DNA from: Saprospiraceae bacterium
GTDB lineage: Bacteria > Bacteroidota > Bacteroidia > Chitinophagales > Saprospiraceae
NCBI GenBank assembly: GCA_016717655.1
Contig: JADKFC010000006.1
Coordinates: forward strand, 162,857 to 226,856
DNA: 64,000 bases
Direction of reading: 5' to 3'
In this document: positions 63,872 through 64,000 of the stretch, one piece after another
Position numbering within the stretch: position 1 is the stretch's first letter
How the letters are laid out: every line of letters begins with the position of its first letter
Notes under the pieces: generated by a model
What the model saw: the letters and a program-made list of their open reading frames with translations, nothing else
Told to the model about the DNA's origin: nothing
The model's database searches: none
Position numbers and translations under genes: made by a program

Positions 63872-64000
63872 ATGGAAAATCATCCAACACCTACACCTTC
63901 ACCGTTCACCGGAATTTTTAAAAATGGGTTGATTGCCGGCGCCGCTTTGTTCCTGACTAGTTTTGGAAGTTTGTATGCCGCCATCCACCTCAAACCAGAC
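63872..64000 (+). CDS. Start of a membrane protein, 3'-truncated by the window edge
   Basis: The ATG at 63872 opens a frame that runs to the window end (MENHPTPTPSPFTGIFKNGLIAGAALFLTSFG..). Confidence 0.35.
   Translation, partial: MENHPTPTPSPFTGIFKNGLIAGAALFLTSFGSLYAAIHLKPD

Overview
This 64 kb chromosomal segment most likely comes from a Bacteroidota genome. The taxon call rests on four proteins with T9SS-type C-terminal sorting domains, a CarboxypepD_reg-type TonB-dependent receptor and the absence of Shine-Dalgarno-like spacing; it is an inference, not a database hit.

Gene content, left to right:
- a sugar-handling block: LmbE/NagB-like, pectate-lyase-fold T9SS protein, SSS symporter, PfkB kinase, CBM9/DUF5916
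- a TPR histidine kinase with a NarL-type regulator
- one giant cell-surface adhesin of about 3600 aa, read as seven ORF fragments
- an LRR protein and a PiuC-like dioxygenase
- a five-gene operon headed by three tandem phage-tail-collar (MdpB-like) paralogs
- a TonB-dependent receptor under a TPP riboswitch
- an ArsR-SRPBCC-DoxX-DUF4256 operon
- a compact NAD(P)-linked [NiFe] hydrogenase cluster (hoxF, hoxU/Y, hoxH, hoxW)
- a BIG2-rich T9SS protein, a second S41 peptidase and a small accessory stretch next to tRNA-His
- pyrR-pyrB, a CotH-like T9SS protein, tyrS, miaA, an acyltransferase, ykuK-like, miaE
- a YceI / beta-barrel / YceI cluster

Three things go beyond ordinary annotation:
1. At least 14 reading-frame breaks sit at short homopolymer runs, one of them in essential tyrS. 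This argues for assembly indel errors rather than pseudogenes, and it also makes the apparent HoxU-HoxY fusion uncertain.
2. Two unrelated intergenic repeat families are present. One is a GTCCCRC-N4-GYGGGAC-TAAATG hairpin element at three loci, with a compensatory stem change. The other forms long head-to-head arrays of TTACGAAT-type motifs at two loci.
3. A conserved-looking operon of unknown function is built around the three tail-collar-domain paralogs.

All functional calls come from reading motifs in the supplied translations. No searches were run.
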